Below are positions 51,474 through 61,808 of a DNA stretch of 64,000 bases, in pieces. Position numbers and translations under genes: made by a program. The stretch comes from Acidobacteriota bacterium (GTDB taxonomy: Bacteria; Acidobacteriota; UBA890; WLXD01): positions 1,536,001 through 1,600,000 of the forward strand of contig CBDFKD010000002.1 in assembly GCA_965248695.1 (NCBI GenBank), in the 5' to 3' direction. The notes beneath the pieces were generated by a model. It did not search any database. It had not been told where the DNA came from and saw only the letters and a program-made list of their open reading frames with translations. The first letter of the stretch is position 1. Each line of letters opens with the position of its first letter.

Positions 51474-51695
51474 GTGGTCAAGACGCGCGTTCGCAATCGC
51501 ATCGGGGAGCTCCGATTCCAGCATCGGAAGATGACCCAGCAAGAGCTAGCGGATCAGATCGGCGTCACGCGACAAACGGTGAACGCGATCGAAGGCAACA
51601 AGTACTCGCCCTCGCTCGAGGTCGCGTTCCGCATTGCCGAGGTGTTCAACGCTCCGCTCGAGGAGATCTTCCACTACGGTCCGTCGGCGGATTGA
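51474..51695 (+). CDS. Small XRE-family HTH transcriptional regulator
   Basis: NRIGELRF...MTQQELADQIGVTRQTVNAIEGNKYSPSLEVAF. Confidence 0.92.
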   Translation: MVKTRVRNRIGELRFQHRKMTQQELADQIGVTRQTVNAIEGNKYSPSLEVAFRIAEVFNAPLEEIFHYGPSAD

Positions 51696-51882
51696 TCGTG
51701 GGGCGGCGCCTAGCAGGCCGTAGTGAAAGTGTGGTGGGTCTGGCGACAGGGTTTTGCGAGGCGCAGGCCAGGAGAGAGGAGGAGGCGATGGTTACCCCAT
51801 CGTTGACGACAAACGACGCAGCATCCGCGCGCAACCCCCAGTCGCCCGAAGGGTTACGGCACCACACTTTCACCACGGCCTG

Positions 51883-52323
51883 TTAGACGCCGCCTTCGCA
51901 GAACGCCTTCACGGCGTCCATGTCCTTGCCGACTGCCGTGGCAACCCTTCCTCTGATGAACGGAACGATAAACCTCGCCACCAGCTTGTAGGGTCGACAG
52001 TCCATTTCTACCGTCAGCTCGGTGCCACCGCCATGCGGCCGCACGGTGAACAACGTGTCCCAAACCGTGCCGCCGGCATCGGCGATCATGCGTACGCGAT
52101 CGTTCTCGACGTACTCCGCCACCTCGAGCTCGGTCGTATGTTCCCTGCCGTTCATGAGCCGCGTCTCGCGAAAGCGAGCCCCGACGCCCGATCGGATGTC
52201 AGAGAGCATCTCGACCTTGACGATATGCGGCACCGCCTGCGAGAGCTCGTCGATGTGAGCGATGGTCTTGAAGACCAGGTCGATCGGCGCATCGATCGCC
52301 CGGCTCACCGTCAGGCTGCTCAC
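51883..52323 (-). CDS. SRPBCC family protein
   Basis: IDAPIDLVF, GVGARFRETR. Confidence 0.82.
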   Translation of the reverse strand: MSSLTVSRAIDAPIDLVFKTIAHIDELSQAVPHIVKVEMLSDIRSGVGARFRETRLMNGREHTTELEVAEYVENDRVRMIADAGGTVWDTLFTVRPHGGGTELTVEMDCRPYKLVARFIVPFIRGRVATAVGKDMDAVKAFCEGGV

Positions 52324-52327
52324 GAGG

Positions 52328-52630
52328 TCACACCGTCGGCATCACGAACTCGTCCACCAGATACAGGACGTGCTCGGACGAGGCCAACCGGTGCTCGACG
52401 ATTGCCTGGTACTCGGGCGACTTCTTCCACGCCCACGCGTCTTCTTTCGACGGAAAGCGCAACAGCACAACGCGCGGAAACGACGCGTTGCCTTCCATCA
52501 CTTCGGCGGGATCCTCGATCGCGAGCACCTCACCGCCGAAGTTCATCACCGTTGCCGGGACGGCTTCCAGGTACTTACCGAAGCGCTCCGGGTCATCGAT
52601 CCGTCCGAGTCCGACAAAGTAGGCAGCCAT
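52328..52630 (-). CDS. DUF1330 family protein
   Basis: MAAYFVG, FGGEVL, VLLRFPS..AWKKSPEYQAI. Confidence 0.88.
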   Translation of the reverse strand: MAAYFVGLGRIDDPERFGKYLEAVPATVMNFGGEVLAIEDPAEVMEGNASFPRVVLLRFPSKEDAWAWKKSPEYQAIVEHRLASSEHVLYLVDEFVMPTV

Positions 52631-52716
52631 CCGAGATTCTCCTAGTTGGTTGGGATCGCCAGCATTGGCGCAGGCAGTCGGCGGGACGAGTGGCCGGGCG
52701 CGACGAGCCGGACCGA

Positions 52717-53718
52717 CTAACCGGCCAGGGTGGCGACCATCACGGCCTTGATGGTGTGCATGCGGTTCTCGGCCTGGTCGAAGACAATCGACGCTGGCGA
52801 CTCGAACACCTCGTCGGTAACCTCGATGCCGTCGAGGCCGAACTTCTGAAAGACCTCCTCGCCAACGGTCGTGGAGCGATTGTGGAACGCCGGCAGGCAG
52901 TGCATGAAGCGGGCATCGGCGTTGCCGGCCAGACGCATCGTTTCTCCGTTCACCTGGTACGGGCGTAGCAGCTCGATGCGCTCCTGCCATACCTCATCGG
53001 GCTCTCCCATCGACACCCAGACATCGGTATGGACGAAGTCGACCCCAGACACGCCCTCGGCCACACTCTCGGTGAACGTGACCCGGGCGCCGGTTGTCGC
53101 TGCGATCGCCTGGCACTCGGATCGCAGTGACGTGTCGGGCCACAGGCTCTCGGGGGCGACGATGCGCACGTCCATGCCCAGCTTGGCGCCAACAACGAGC
53201 AACGAGTTGCCCATGTTGTTACGCGCGTCGCCCAGGTAGCAGTAGGCGATCTCGCCGCGCCGCTTGTCACAATGCTCGTCCATGGTGAGCACGTCGCCGA
53301 GCATCTGGGTGGGATGGAACTCATCGGTTAGCCCGTTCCACACCGGAACGCCAGCGTGCTCGGCGAGTACCTCGACCGTCGCTTGTTTGAAGCCGCGATA
53401 CTCGATGCCGTCGTACATTCGGCCGAGCACCCGGGCGGTGTCTTTCATCGATTCCTTGTGGCCGATCTGCGAGCCGCTCGGACCGAGGTACGTGGTGTGC
53501 GCGCCCTGGTCATACGCCGCCACCTCGAAGGCGCAACGGGTCCGCGTCGAGGTCTTCTCGAAGATCAGCGCAATGTTCTTCCCGGCCAGCGCCTGGCGCT
53601 CGGCGCCGGCTTGCTTCGCCCCCTTGAGCACCGCGGACAAATCGAGCAAGTAGCCGATCTCCTGCGGGCTGAAATCAAGCAGCTTGACGAAGCTGCGATT
53701 CAGGAGGTCGACGGTCAT
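52717..53718 (-). CDS. argF: Ornithine carbamoyltransferase
   Basis: [38 protein letters not shown]. Confidence 0.95.
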   Translation of the reverse strand: MTVDLLNRSFVKLLDFSPQEIGYLLDLSAVLKGAKQAGAERQALAGKNIALIFEKTSTRTRCAFEVAAYDQGAHTTYLGPSGSQIGHKESMKDTARVLGRMYDGIEYRGFKQATVEVLAEHAGVPVWNGLTDEFHPTQMLGDVLTMDEHCDKRRGEIAYCYLGDARNNMGNSLLVVGAKLGMDVRIVAPESLWPDTSLRSECQAIAATTGARVTFTESVAEGVSGVDFVHTDVWVSMGEPDEVWQERIELLRPYQVNGETMRLAGNADARFMHCLPAFHNRSTTVGEEVFQKFGLDGIEVTDEVFESPASIVFDQAENRMHTIKAVMVATLAG

Positions 53719-55337
53719 TCGCGCTCCTGGGAGTCCCTGACGGTCGGATAGTCGATGCCGAGCTGCTCCAGATAGGTGTCGAAGCGCTCCGGGTCGTAGC
53801 GCAGCTTTTCGAGCTGCGGGCGATAGCGCGCCATCTTCTCGGCGTTGAGGAAGATCGGCGGCTCGGTGCCCTCGGGGATGAGCGATTCCCACTGCTGATC
53901 CTTGACGGTCACCTCACGGTGGTACTTCCAGGCCTCCTCGACCTTGTCCGGGTTGGCCAGCAGATCGATCGCGGTCATGGCGATGACCCGAGCGCCGTAG
54001 TTGGCGCCCTTGTGTGCGATCGGCGTCGCCATGGCGATGCCCGACGACCAGTGGTGGCCGGTCGTCCCCGGAATGTTGCCTGGATAGCGCAACCGGATCG
54101 TCGGCAGGTTCCAGGACACCTCGGCGATGTCATCGGAGCCACCGCCCATTCCCTGATCCGATTCCTGTAGCTCCTCGTCGCTGAGCTCGGTCGGCAGTCC
54201 CTCGATCTCGTCGCGTTCCATCAGGCGCTGCACCGCGCGAGCCAGCTCCTGGTCGGCCTCGGTCCACTCCGGCAGCCCGACCTCGAGAATGTTGGCGTGC
54301 ATCAGCTCGGCCAGCGGCTTGCTCATGTTGGACGGCCAGGCGGCTCCGAAGACGCGCTCGGTCACCTCGGTGCCGGTCATCATGCTGGCGGCCTCGGCCA
54401 TCGTCTGACCGAGCTCGTGGAGATCCCTGATGCGGTCGTAGTCGAGCTCGCGGAAGTAGTACCAGACGCTCGCCTCCGACGGCACGACGTTCGGCTGGTT
54501 GCCGCCATGCGGGATCATGTAGTGGGAACGCTGGTGCAGCCGCAGGTGCTCGCGGCGGAAGTTCCAGCCCACGTTCATCAGCTCCACCGCGTCCAGGGCG
54601 CTGCGCCCGGCCCACGGGGAGCCGGCACCGTGCGCCGAAGTGCCGTGGAAGGTGAACTGCGTCGACACCAATCCGGACCCCGAGATACCCCAGGCAGTGC
54701 TCAAGTTGCGGCTGATGTGGGTCGACAGCATGATGTCCATATCGCCGAAGAGCCCATCGTTGACCATGTAGGTGCGCGACGACACGAGCTCCTCGGCAAC
54801 GCCCGGGATCACCTTGATCGTCCCCTGCAGTCCGTGCGCCTCCATCACCCGCTTGATGGCAATCGCGGCGACAACGTCGACGGCGCCGGCGCTGTTGTGA
54901 CCCTCGCCATGTCCTGGACCGCCCTCGATCAACGGGTCGTGGTAGGCGACACCCGGTTTCTGCGACGTCTCCGGCAACCCGTCGATATCGCCCATGATGC
55001 CGATGACCGGCTTGCCCTCGCCCCAGCTGGCGACATAGCAGGTCGGCATTCCGGCGCAGCCCATCTGAATGTCGAAGCCCTCGTCGCGCAGCTTCCCCGT
55101 GATGTACGCAGCAGTCTGGTGTTCCTGGAACCCGAGCTCACCGAACGAGAAGATCGAGTCGACCATGACCTGTGACTGCTTGCGCATCGAGCCGACGATC
55201 TCGCGCGCCTCCTCTTTGAGGGCGCCGGCCGAGGGTTGCTGAGTCGACGCGGCATCGGCGCTCGAGAGACACAGTGACAGCGCCCCGAGGAGGGCGGCGA
55301 CTCGCCGGGGTGAGCCAGGAGCGCGGACACAGGACAT
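53715..55337 (-). CDS. Secreted M20 amidohydrolase (AbgB-like), paralog 2
   Basis: [43 protein letters not shown]. Confidence 0.88.
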   Translation of the reverse strand: MSCVRAPGSPRRVAALLGALSLCLSSADAASTQQPSAGALKEEAREIVGSMRKQSQVMVDSIFSFGELGFQEHQTAAYITGKLRDEGFDIQMGCAGMPTCYVASWGEGKPVIGIMGDIDGLPETSQKPGVAYHDPLIEGGPGHGEGHNSAGAVDVVAAIAIKRVMEAHGLQGTIKVIPGVAEELVSSRTYMVNDGLFGDMDIMLSTHISRNLSTAWGISGSGLVSTQFTFHGTSAHGAGSPWAGRSALDAVELMNVGWNFRREHLRLHQRSHYMIPHGGNQPNVVPSEASVWYYFRELDYDRIRDLHELGQTMAEAASMMTGTEVTERVFGAAWPSNMSKPLAELMHANILEVGLPEWTEADQELARAVQRLMERDEIEGLPTELSDEELQESDQGMGGGSDDIAEVSWNLPTIRLRYPGNIPGTTGHHWSSGIAMATPIAHKGANYGARVIAMTAIDLLANPDKVEEAWKYHREVTVKDQQWESLIPEGTEPPIFLNAEKMARYRPQLEKLRYDPERFDTYLEQLGIDYPTVRDSQERE

Positions 55338-55412
55338 GGCATCCTCCGAATGGGCGGCACGTCTGGCAAGGTGCTGAAAAACTCAGACCCGCCAGAGCTC
55401 TTCAGCACCCTG

Positions 55413-57080
55413 CTAGTCGTTTGGATTGGGGTCTCGGACAGTGGGGTACTCGATACCAAGCTGCTCGAGATAGGTGTCGAACCGGGTCGGATCGTAGCGC
55501 AGTGGTTCGAGCTGCGAACGATAGCGGGCCATCTTCTCGGCGTTCATGTGAATGGGCGGCGGCGTACCCTCAGGAATGAGCGATTGCCACTCGTAGTCCT
55601 TGGTGGTGACCTCGCGAAAATAGGTCCAGGCCTCCTCCACCTTGGCGGGATCGGTGAGCAAGTCGATCACCGTCATGGCGATCACCCGCGCACCGTAGTT
55701 GGCGCCGGCGTGGGCGATCGGAGTCGCCATGGCGATGGATGACGACCAGTGGTGGGCGATGGCTCCGGGGATATTACCCGGATACCACAGGCGCACGGTC
55801 GGCAAGTTCCATGACACCTCCGCGATGTCGTCGGAGCCGCCGCCCATGCCCTGCTCGAACGCGATGGCCTCCTCGGAGGTGATCTCCGTCGGCAGGCCGT
55901 CGACACGCTGGTCAAAGAAGTCGAGCTCGCCGTCATGGCCACCGACCTCACGCTGTACGGCGCGCGCCAGCTCCTGGTCCGCCGCACTCCACTCCGGCAG
56001 CCCCACCTCGAGAATGTTGGCGTGCATCAACTCGGCCAGCGGCTTGCTGTCGTTGGGCGGCCAGGCGGCACCGAGCACCCGCTCGGTGACCGTGGTACCG
56101 GTCATCATCGCGGCCGCCTCGGCCATGGTCTGGCCGAGCGCGTGCAGCTCCTTGATACGGTCGTAGTCGAGCTCGCGGAAGTAGTACCAGACGCTCGCCT
56201 CCGAGGGCACCACGTTCGGCTGGTTGCCACCGTGCGGGATCATGTAGTGGGAACGTTGATGCAGCCGCAGGTGCTCGCGGCGGAAGTTCCAGCCGATGTT
56301 CATCAGCTCCACCGCGTCGAGCGCGCTGCGCCCCGCCCACGGTGACCCCGCCCCATGCGCCGAGGTGCCGTGGAAAGTGAACTGCGTCGACACCATGCCC
56401 GAGCCCCAGGCACCATGACCGACGGCGAGCGTGCTGGCGATGTGCGGGGAGATCATCACGTCCGTTCCCTCGAACAGCCCGGCGTTCACCATGTAGGTGC
56501 GCGAGGCCACCAGCTCTTCGGCAACCCCGGGAATCAGCTTGATGGTGCCCTCGAGCCCGTGGGTCTCCATGACGCGCTTGATGGCGATCGCCGCGATCAC
56601 GTCCACAGCAGCAGCGCTGTTGTGGCCCTCGCCATGCCCTGGACCGCCCTCGATGAGTGGGTCGTGGTAGGCGACGCCGGGCTTCTGAGAGGTCTCGGGC
56701 AACCCATCGATGTCGCCCATGAGGCCGATCACCGGCTTGCCCTCGCCCCAGCTGGCGACATAGCAGGTCGGCATTCCGGCACAGCCCATCTCGATGTCGA
56801 AACCCTCACTGCGCAGCATGTCGGTAACGAGCTTCACGGTCTCGTGCTCCTGAAAACCGAGCTCGCCGAACGAGAAGATCGAGTCGACGATCACCTGCGA
56901 CTGCTTGCGCATCGAGCCGACGATCTCTCGCGCTTGCTCCTTCAGCGCCTCGGCCGACCGGCGCTGCGCAAGAGCCGTCGATCCGGTCATGGCAGACGCA
57001 CAGACGGGCAGCGCCAGCACGACCCACAGGCCCGGACGGCCACCACGGCGCGGGCAACGACTACGGCTCGCAGACCCCAC
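55413..57080 (-). CDS. Secreted M20 amidohydrolase (AbgB-like), paralog 1
   Basis: Same motifs as the neighbour; start placed at the GTG after AGGAGG (uncertain). Confidence 0.85.
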   Translation of the reverse strand: MGSASRSRCPRRGGRPGLWVVLALPVCASAMTGSTALAQRRSAEALKEQAREIVGSMRKQSQVIVDSIFSFGELGFQEHETVKLVTDMLRSEGFDIEMGCAGMPTCYVASWGEGKPVIGLMGDIDGLPETSQKPGVAYHDPLIEGGPGHGEGHNSAAAVDVIAAIAIKRVMETHGLEGTIKLIPGVAEELVASRTYMVNAGLFEGTDVMISPHIASTLAVGHGAWGSGMVSTQFTFHGTSAHGAGSPWAGRSALDAVELMNIGWNFRREHLRLHQRSHYMIPHGGNQPNVVPSEASVWYYFRELDYDRIKELHALGQTMAEAAAMMTGTTVTERVLGAAWPPNDSKPLAELMHANILEVGLPEWSAADQELARAVQREVGGHDGELDFFDQRVDGLPTEITSEEAIAFEQGMGGGSDDIAEVSWNLPTVRLWYPGNIPGAIAHHWSSSIAMATPIAHAGANYGARVIAMTVIDLLTDPAKVEEAWTYFREVTTKDYEWQSLIPEGTPPPIHMNAEKMARYRSQLEPLRYDPTRFDTYLEQLGIEYPTVRDPNPND

Positions 57081-57241
57081 AACACCTCCTGGTCGCGCAA
57101 CGGTTGATACGGCCAGCGACGATTCGGCACTACAGGTAGCAAACCGTCGCCCGCCCATTCTCGTGCGCCGACGGCCTCTGTCAAGCAGCGGTCGCCCCGA
57201 AAGCAAGGGTCACGGGCCGGAGCTTGGAGCTGGTCGCAGCG

Positions 57242-57266
57242 CTAGGCGCCTGTTACAGGCGACTAG
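57242..57266. repeat. 25-bp palindrome resembling fused MITE ends
   Basis: CTAGGCGCCTGTTACAGGCGACTAG; 22/25 match to the joined termini CTAGTGGCCTGTTACAGGCCACTAG. Confidence 0.6.
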
Positions 57267-58495
57267 TTGCGAACCGACACGCTGTATCGCAGCTCCGCAT
57301 CGCCACCGGCCGGTACGGTCACATCGAAACGCACGGCGGCGGCCGAAATGATCTGCGGATCGTGACTGGAACTGAGCAAGGTCCAGTCGCCGCCGATCCG
57401 CTCGATCACCTGGACCTCCGTCTCCTCGTCCGAGGCGTTGCTCAGCGTGATGCTCCAGTCCGACTGGCGCTCGTTGTTGGCGACGCGGCGGAACCCGGTT
57501 TGCGATCGAACGCCGGTCAGATCGAACGCGCGACCGGCCGGCAACACGATCTCCTGACCGGCCGGTGTGTTGTCGATTCCCGCCATGCCGAGCAGCTGCA
57601 ATCGATCGGCGCCATCGGGCTTGTAGATTCGGACGGTGCCGGCCGGGAGCGGCACGGTGCCGAACTCGGTGGCCATTGCCCTGGCAACACGATAGCGAAC
57701 GGCCACCGCAACGGGCCGTGGCTCGGCCTGCCGCTGGCGTGGCGCGGCGCCGCTCATCAACACGTGCTCCTTCACCACCGGCGCGTGCTCGGCGCCCATC
57801 AGGCGGATGCGGCGCGATTCCCCAGGCTCGAGAGTCATCGACTCGGAGGCGGTGTAGAGATGGTAGCCCCCGAAAGACTCCTGTTGGAACTCCGGGGCCG
57901 CAGCCATTGCGGCGACGGAGACCGTCGCGTCTATTGCGCGATACGCCTGACGCCTGGGCGCAACGACGTTGACGTCGCCGGCGAGGAGCTGCAGCTCGGC
58001 GTCCGTAAATCGGGCCCCGGAGCCGTTGGTTATGCTGGCGTAGCCATCGAGCCGCGCCGAGCGCTCGTCGGGGGCAACCTGCATCGTGTAGGAGGCTGCC
58101 CAGTCGAGCCCGCCCGCCAGGTAGGCAATGCGCAATGCCTGCAGGGGCTCCGAGACCTCGAGATCGATGATCAACGAGGCACCCACGGCGCTGCCGCCCT
58201 CGTAGGTCCGGTAGCCACGCACCCCCCGCAGCACGGTACCCGCGTTGAGCACCACAAGGCTGGCCTGCTCGACGCTGGTGGGCAGACCGTCGATGCGGAC
58301 GGCGTGGGTGCCAGCCGCTAGCGGCCGCTCGAGCCCCAGGCGTACGAGCCCCAGACCTTGCGGGTACACGGTGATGCTCGTACCGGGGCCCTCCTGTGCA
58401 GAACTAGGGGTGGCAGCGGCAAACGTGCAGATGAGGCAGATCGCCGCAACTCGCCGTATGCCGGTCCGCTTCGATCGTCGCTCGGGAGTCTCCAT
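57263..58495 (-). CDS. DUF4139 domain protein
   Basis: SITVYPQGLGLVR, YLAGGLDWAASY, LQLLAGDV, YHLY, PLPAGTVRIY. Confidence 0.85.
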   Translation of the reverse strand: METPERRSKRTGIRRVAAICLICTFAAATPSSAQEGPGTSITVYPQGLGLVRLGLERPLAAGTHAVRIDGLPTSVEQASLVVLNAGTVLRGVRGYRTYEGGSAVGASLIIDLEVSEPLQALRIAYLAGGLDWAASYTMQVAPDERSARLDGYASITNGSGARFTDAELQLLAGDVNVVAPRRQAYRAIDATVSVAAMAAAPEFQQESFGGYHLYTASESMTLEPGESRRIRLMGAEHAPVVKEHVLMSGAAPRQRQAEPRPVAVAVRYRVARAMATEFGTVPLPAGTVRIYKPDGADRLQLLGMAGIDNTPAGQEIVLPAGRAFDLTGVRSQTGFRRVANNERQSDWSITLSNASDEETEVQVIERIGGDWTLLSSSHDPQIISAAAVRFDVTVPAGGDAELRYSVSVRN

Positions 58496-58722
58496 GGTGT
58501 CCTCACTCGTGGGCGGGGAATCGCCGCTGCGGCCCGTGCGGGGCGCTGCGGCGAGCCCTTCGTTGCAGTTGCGGTCGGGGAACTTCATGACGATGCAGCA
58601 CTCCACTAGTGTGGCACTGTAGCGGCGCCGTGGCGTGCCTTCGAGTCTGAGACGCACGGTCGTAGAGAACTTGCACAGCGCGCCGCCCGGCGACGTGGAT
58701 CGCGCTTGCCCGGCGACATAAT

Positions 58723-59000
58723 CTAGTGGCCTGTAACAGATGAACGTTGCCTATCGCAGATGGGATTTGCGGGTGAGATCAAGGCGCGGCGAGGACGGCG
58801 ATGCAGTGAGCATCGTTGACGAGGTGCAACGCCGATATCGCCCGCAACTGCCCATCTGTCCGTAGGATGGCGGCGAAATGGACCCGTCTGCGGCGTTGCT
58901 CCTCCTCGAAGATGGGCCAACATCGTCTCGTCGTAGCGCCTGGCATCCGAGCCCATTTCGCCACCACGATAGGCAACGTTCATCTGTTACAGGCCACTAG
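58723..59000. mobile_element. MITE / structured palindromic repeat, copy 2 (inverted relative to copy 1)
   Basis: Perfect 34-bp TIR CTAGTGGCCTGTAACAGATGAACGTTGCCTATCG ... CGATAGGCAACGTTCATCTGTTACAGGCCACTAG. Confidence 0.85.
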
Positions 59001-59060
59001 TCCCCGTTTCCCCACGATTCGCCGTCCATACGCACACTGACGATCACCGAAGGAGCCTCC

Positions 59061-61808
59061 ATGCTCAGCAGATCCATCCGCCCCCTGACGGTGATGCTCA
59101 CCATCGGCATCGCCGCAGTCGCCAGCGCCGTGACGGCGCAGGCACCACCGGCCCAGTTCGCAATTACTGACGTGCGCATCGTGGTGGGCGATGGCTCGAT
59201 AATCGACAGGGGCACGATCGTCGTCGACAACGGCCTGATCGCGGCGGCGGGCGCCGGCGTCGCCGTGCCAACCGGCGCCTGGACCATCGAAGGCACCGGT
59301 CTGACCGCCTATCCCGGTCTGATCGACGCGCTGGCCACGGTCGGTTTGCCGACTGAGTTGCACGACCAGCCCGGTACGGAACGCCGCCGCGGCGGCCCTG
59401 GCGGCGACAGCGGCGACGACTTCGCCCACGGTCCGGAGGATCGGCCGGCAACATTCACCTGGGTCACGGCAGCCGACCATCTCGACCCCGAGGACACGCG
59501 CATTGCCGAGTGGCGCGCGGCTGGCTTCACTACCGTGGTGGCCGCACCCGAGCGCGGCCTGTTCCCGGGACAAGCATCGGTCATCGATCTGGGTGGCGAA
59601 CGCCCCAACGACATGGTCGTCGCTACGCCGGTGGCGCTACCGGTGAGCTTCAACAAGGGACGCGCGTTCGAAGGCTACCCGGGCTCGATCATGGGCATCA
59701 TCGCCTATGTGAAGCAGGTGCTGCTGGACGCCCAGCACTACGATCAGGCCTGGTCGATCTACGAATCCTCGCCGGCCGGCACCGAGCGACCGGGCTACGA
59801 CCGCACGCTGGAGCCACTGCGCGCCGCGGTCCGCGACGGCTGGCCGGTGTTGCTGCCGGCCGACTGGGCGCGCGAGATCGAACGCGCCATGCGCATCGCG
59901 CGCCAGACCGGCGTCGAGCCGATCCTCTACGGCGCTCGCCAGGCATGGGCGGTGACCGACGCGCTCGCAGCTGCCGATGTGCCGGTGCTGGTCAATCTCG
60001 ACTGGCCCGAGCGTGATCCGGACGGCGATCCCGAGGCCGAGGAGTCGCTGCAAACCCTGCGCTATCGCGATCGCGCCCCGACCACGCCCGCGGCGCTCGA
60101 CGCTGCCGGGGTGCGCTTCGCGTTCTACTCCGGCGACCTGCGACGCCCGACCGACATGCTCGACAACGCCCGACTGGCGGTACGCGCCGGTCTGTCGAGG
60201 ACCGCAGCGCTGAGGGCCCTGACGTTGGGCGCGGCCGAGATATTCGGGGTCGACGACCGGTTGGGCAGCATCGAGGTCGGCAAGATCGCCAACATCACGG
60301 TTGCTGACGGCGATCTCTTCGACGCCGGGACTCGCATCCACACCGTCATCGTCGACGGACAGCGCTTCGACAGCGGCTCGGCGAACGATGTCGCCGATGC
60401 CGACGACGACAGCGACGACAGCACTGTTGAGCCCGGCGCCTATGAGCCCGTGCCGATGGTGCGCGACCGCGGGCCGGTGAGCGAGCACGCCGTGACTGTG
60501 GTGCAGAACGGAACGGTGATGACGGTCAGCGATGCCGGGACGCTGCAGAACGCGTCGGTGCTCATCCGCAACGGGCGCATCGAGGCGGTCGGTACCGACG
60601 TCGATGTGCCAGCCGGTGCGCACGTGATCGATGCCGCCGGCAAATGGGTGATCCCCGGCATCATCGACGCCCATTCGCACATCGCCGCCGAGTCCATCAA
60701 CGAGGGCAGCGTCGCGGTATCGGCGATGGTCGGTATTCGCGACGTGCTCAACCCCGATCAGGTGTCCATCTACCGAGGGCTGGCGGGAGGTGTCACCAGC
60801 GCCAACGTGCTGCATGGATCAGCCAATCCGATCGGCGGCCAGAACGCGGTGGTGAAGCTGCGTTGGGGCGCTAACGCACAGGGGTTGATCTTCGAGGGCG
60901 CGCCCGAGGGCATCAAGTTCGCCCTCGGCGAGAACACCAAGCGCGACCGCGAGCCGGATCGTTACCCCAACTCGCGCATGGGTGTGCAGGACGTCATCCG
61001 CCAGTCGTTTCTCGACGCCCAGGCGTATCAGGCCGAGGGTCGCCGCTACGAGCAGGCAATGGCAGCGGGCGACGAGGGCGTCATCCCGCCGCGCCGCGAC
61101 CTCAAGCTGGAGCCGCTAGTCGAGATCCTCGAAGGGACGCGGTTGGTGCACGCACATTCGTACCGCGCCGACGAGATCCTGCAGCTGCTACGGACCGCGG
61201 AGGACTTCGGCTTCCGGATCGCTACCCTGCAGCACGTGCTCGAGGGTTACCGGGTGGCCGACGAGATTGCCGAGCACGGCGCCGGCGCCTCGACGTTTTC
61301 CGACTGGTGGGCCTACAAGGTCGAGGCCTACGAGGCGATCCCGCACAACGCCGCGCTGATGACCGACCGCGGCGTCGTGGTATCGATCAACTCGGACTCC
61401 GGCGAGGAGATGCGCCATCTCAACCTGGAGGCTGCCAAGACGATCAAGTGGGGCGCCAACACGCGCGACGAGGCGATACGGCTGGTGACCATCAACCCGG
61501 CGATCCAGCTCCGCATCGACGACCGTGTCGGATCGATCGAGGTGGGCAAGGACGCCGATCTGGTGATCTACAGCGACGACCCGCTGAGCAACTACGCGGT
61601 CGTGGAGCAAACGATCATCGACGGCCAGGTGTACTTCGATCGACAGCACGACATGGAGATGCGCGCCGCGCTGGCAGACGAGAAGGAGACGCTGCTGAAA
61701 CGCCAGATGACCGCCGGTGAGGGCGACAGGCGGGGCGGCCGACCGACCACAACTCGAGGGCCACGCTCCAGCGGTGGCGCAGACCTCCGTCAGGAGTCAC
61801 GGCAATGA
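59061..61808 (+). CDS. Secreted double-domain amidohydrolase (imidazolonepropionase-like)
   Basis: Two amidohydrolase modules (PGLIDA and PGIIDAHSH; GSIEVGK twice); HSYRADE, FSDWWAYK. Confidence 0.88.
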   Translation: MLSRSIRPLTVMLTIGIAAVASAVTAQAPPAQFAITDVRIVVGDGSIIDRGTIVVDNGLIAAAGAGVAVPTGAWTIEGTGLTAYPGLIDALATVGLPTELHDQPGTERRRGGPGGDSGDDFAHGPEDRPATFTWVTAADHLDPEDTRIAEWRAAGFTTVVAAPERGLFPGQASVIDLGGERPNDMVVATPVALPVSFNKGRAFEGYPGSIMGIIAYVKQVLLDAQHYDQAWSIYESSPAGTERPGYDRTLEPLRAAVRDGWPVLLPADWAREIERAMRIARQTGVEPILYGARQAWAVTDALAAADVPVLVNLDWPERDPDGDPEAEESLQTLRYRDRAPTTPAALDAAGVRFAFYSGDLRRPTDMLDNARLAVRAGLSRTAALRALTLGAAEIFGVDDRLGSIEVGKIANITVADGDLFDAGTRIHTVIVDGQRFDSGSANDVADADDDSDDSTVEPGAYEPVPMVRDRGPVSEHAVTVVQNGTVMTVSDAGTLQNASVLIRNGRIEAVGTDVDVPAGAHVIDAAGKWVIPGIIDAHSHIAAESINEGSVAVSAMVGIRDVLNPDQVSIYRGLAGGVTSANVLHGSANPIGGQNAVVKLRWGANAQGLIFEGAPEGIKFALGENTKRDREPDRYPNSRMGVQDVIRQSFLDAQAYQAEGRRYEQAMAAGDEGVIPPRRDLKLEPLVEILEGTRLVHAHSYRADEILQLLRTAEDFGFRIATLQHVLEGYRVADEIAEHGAGASTFSDWWAYKVEAYEAIPHNAALMTDRGVVVSINSDSGEEMRHLNLEAAKTIKWGANTRDEAIRLVTINPAIQLRIDDRVGSIEVGKDADLVIYSDDPLSNYAVVEQTIIDGQVYFDRQHDMEMRAALADEKETLLKRQMTAGEGDRRGGRPTTTRGPRSSGGADLRQESRQ

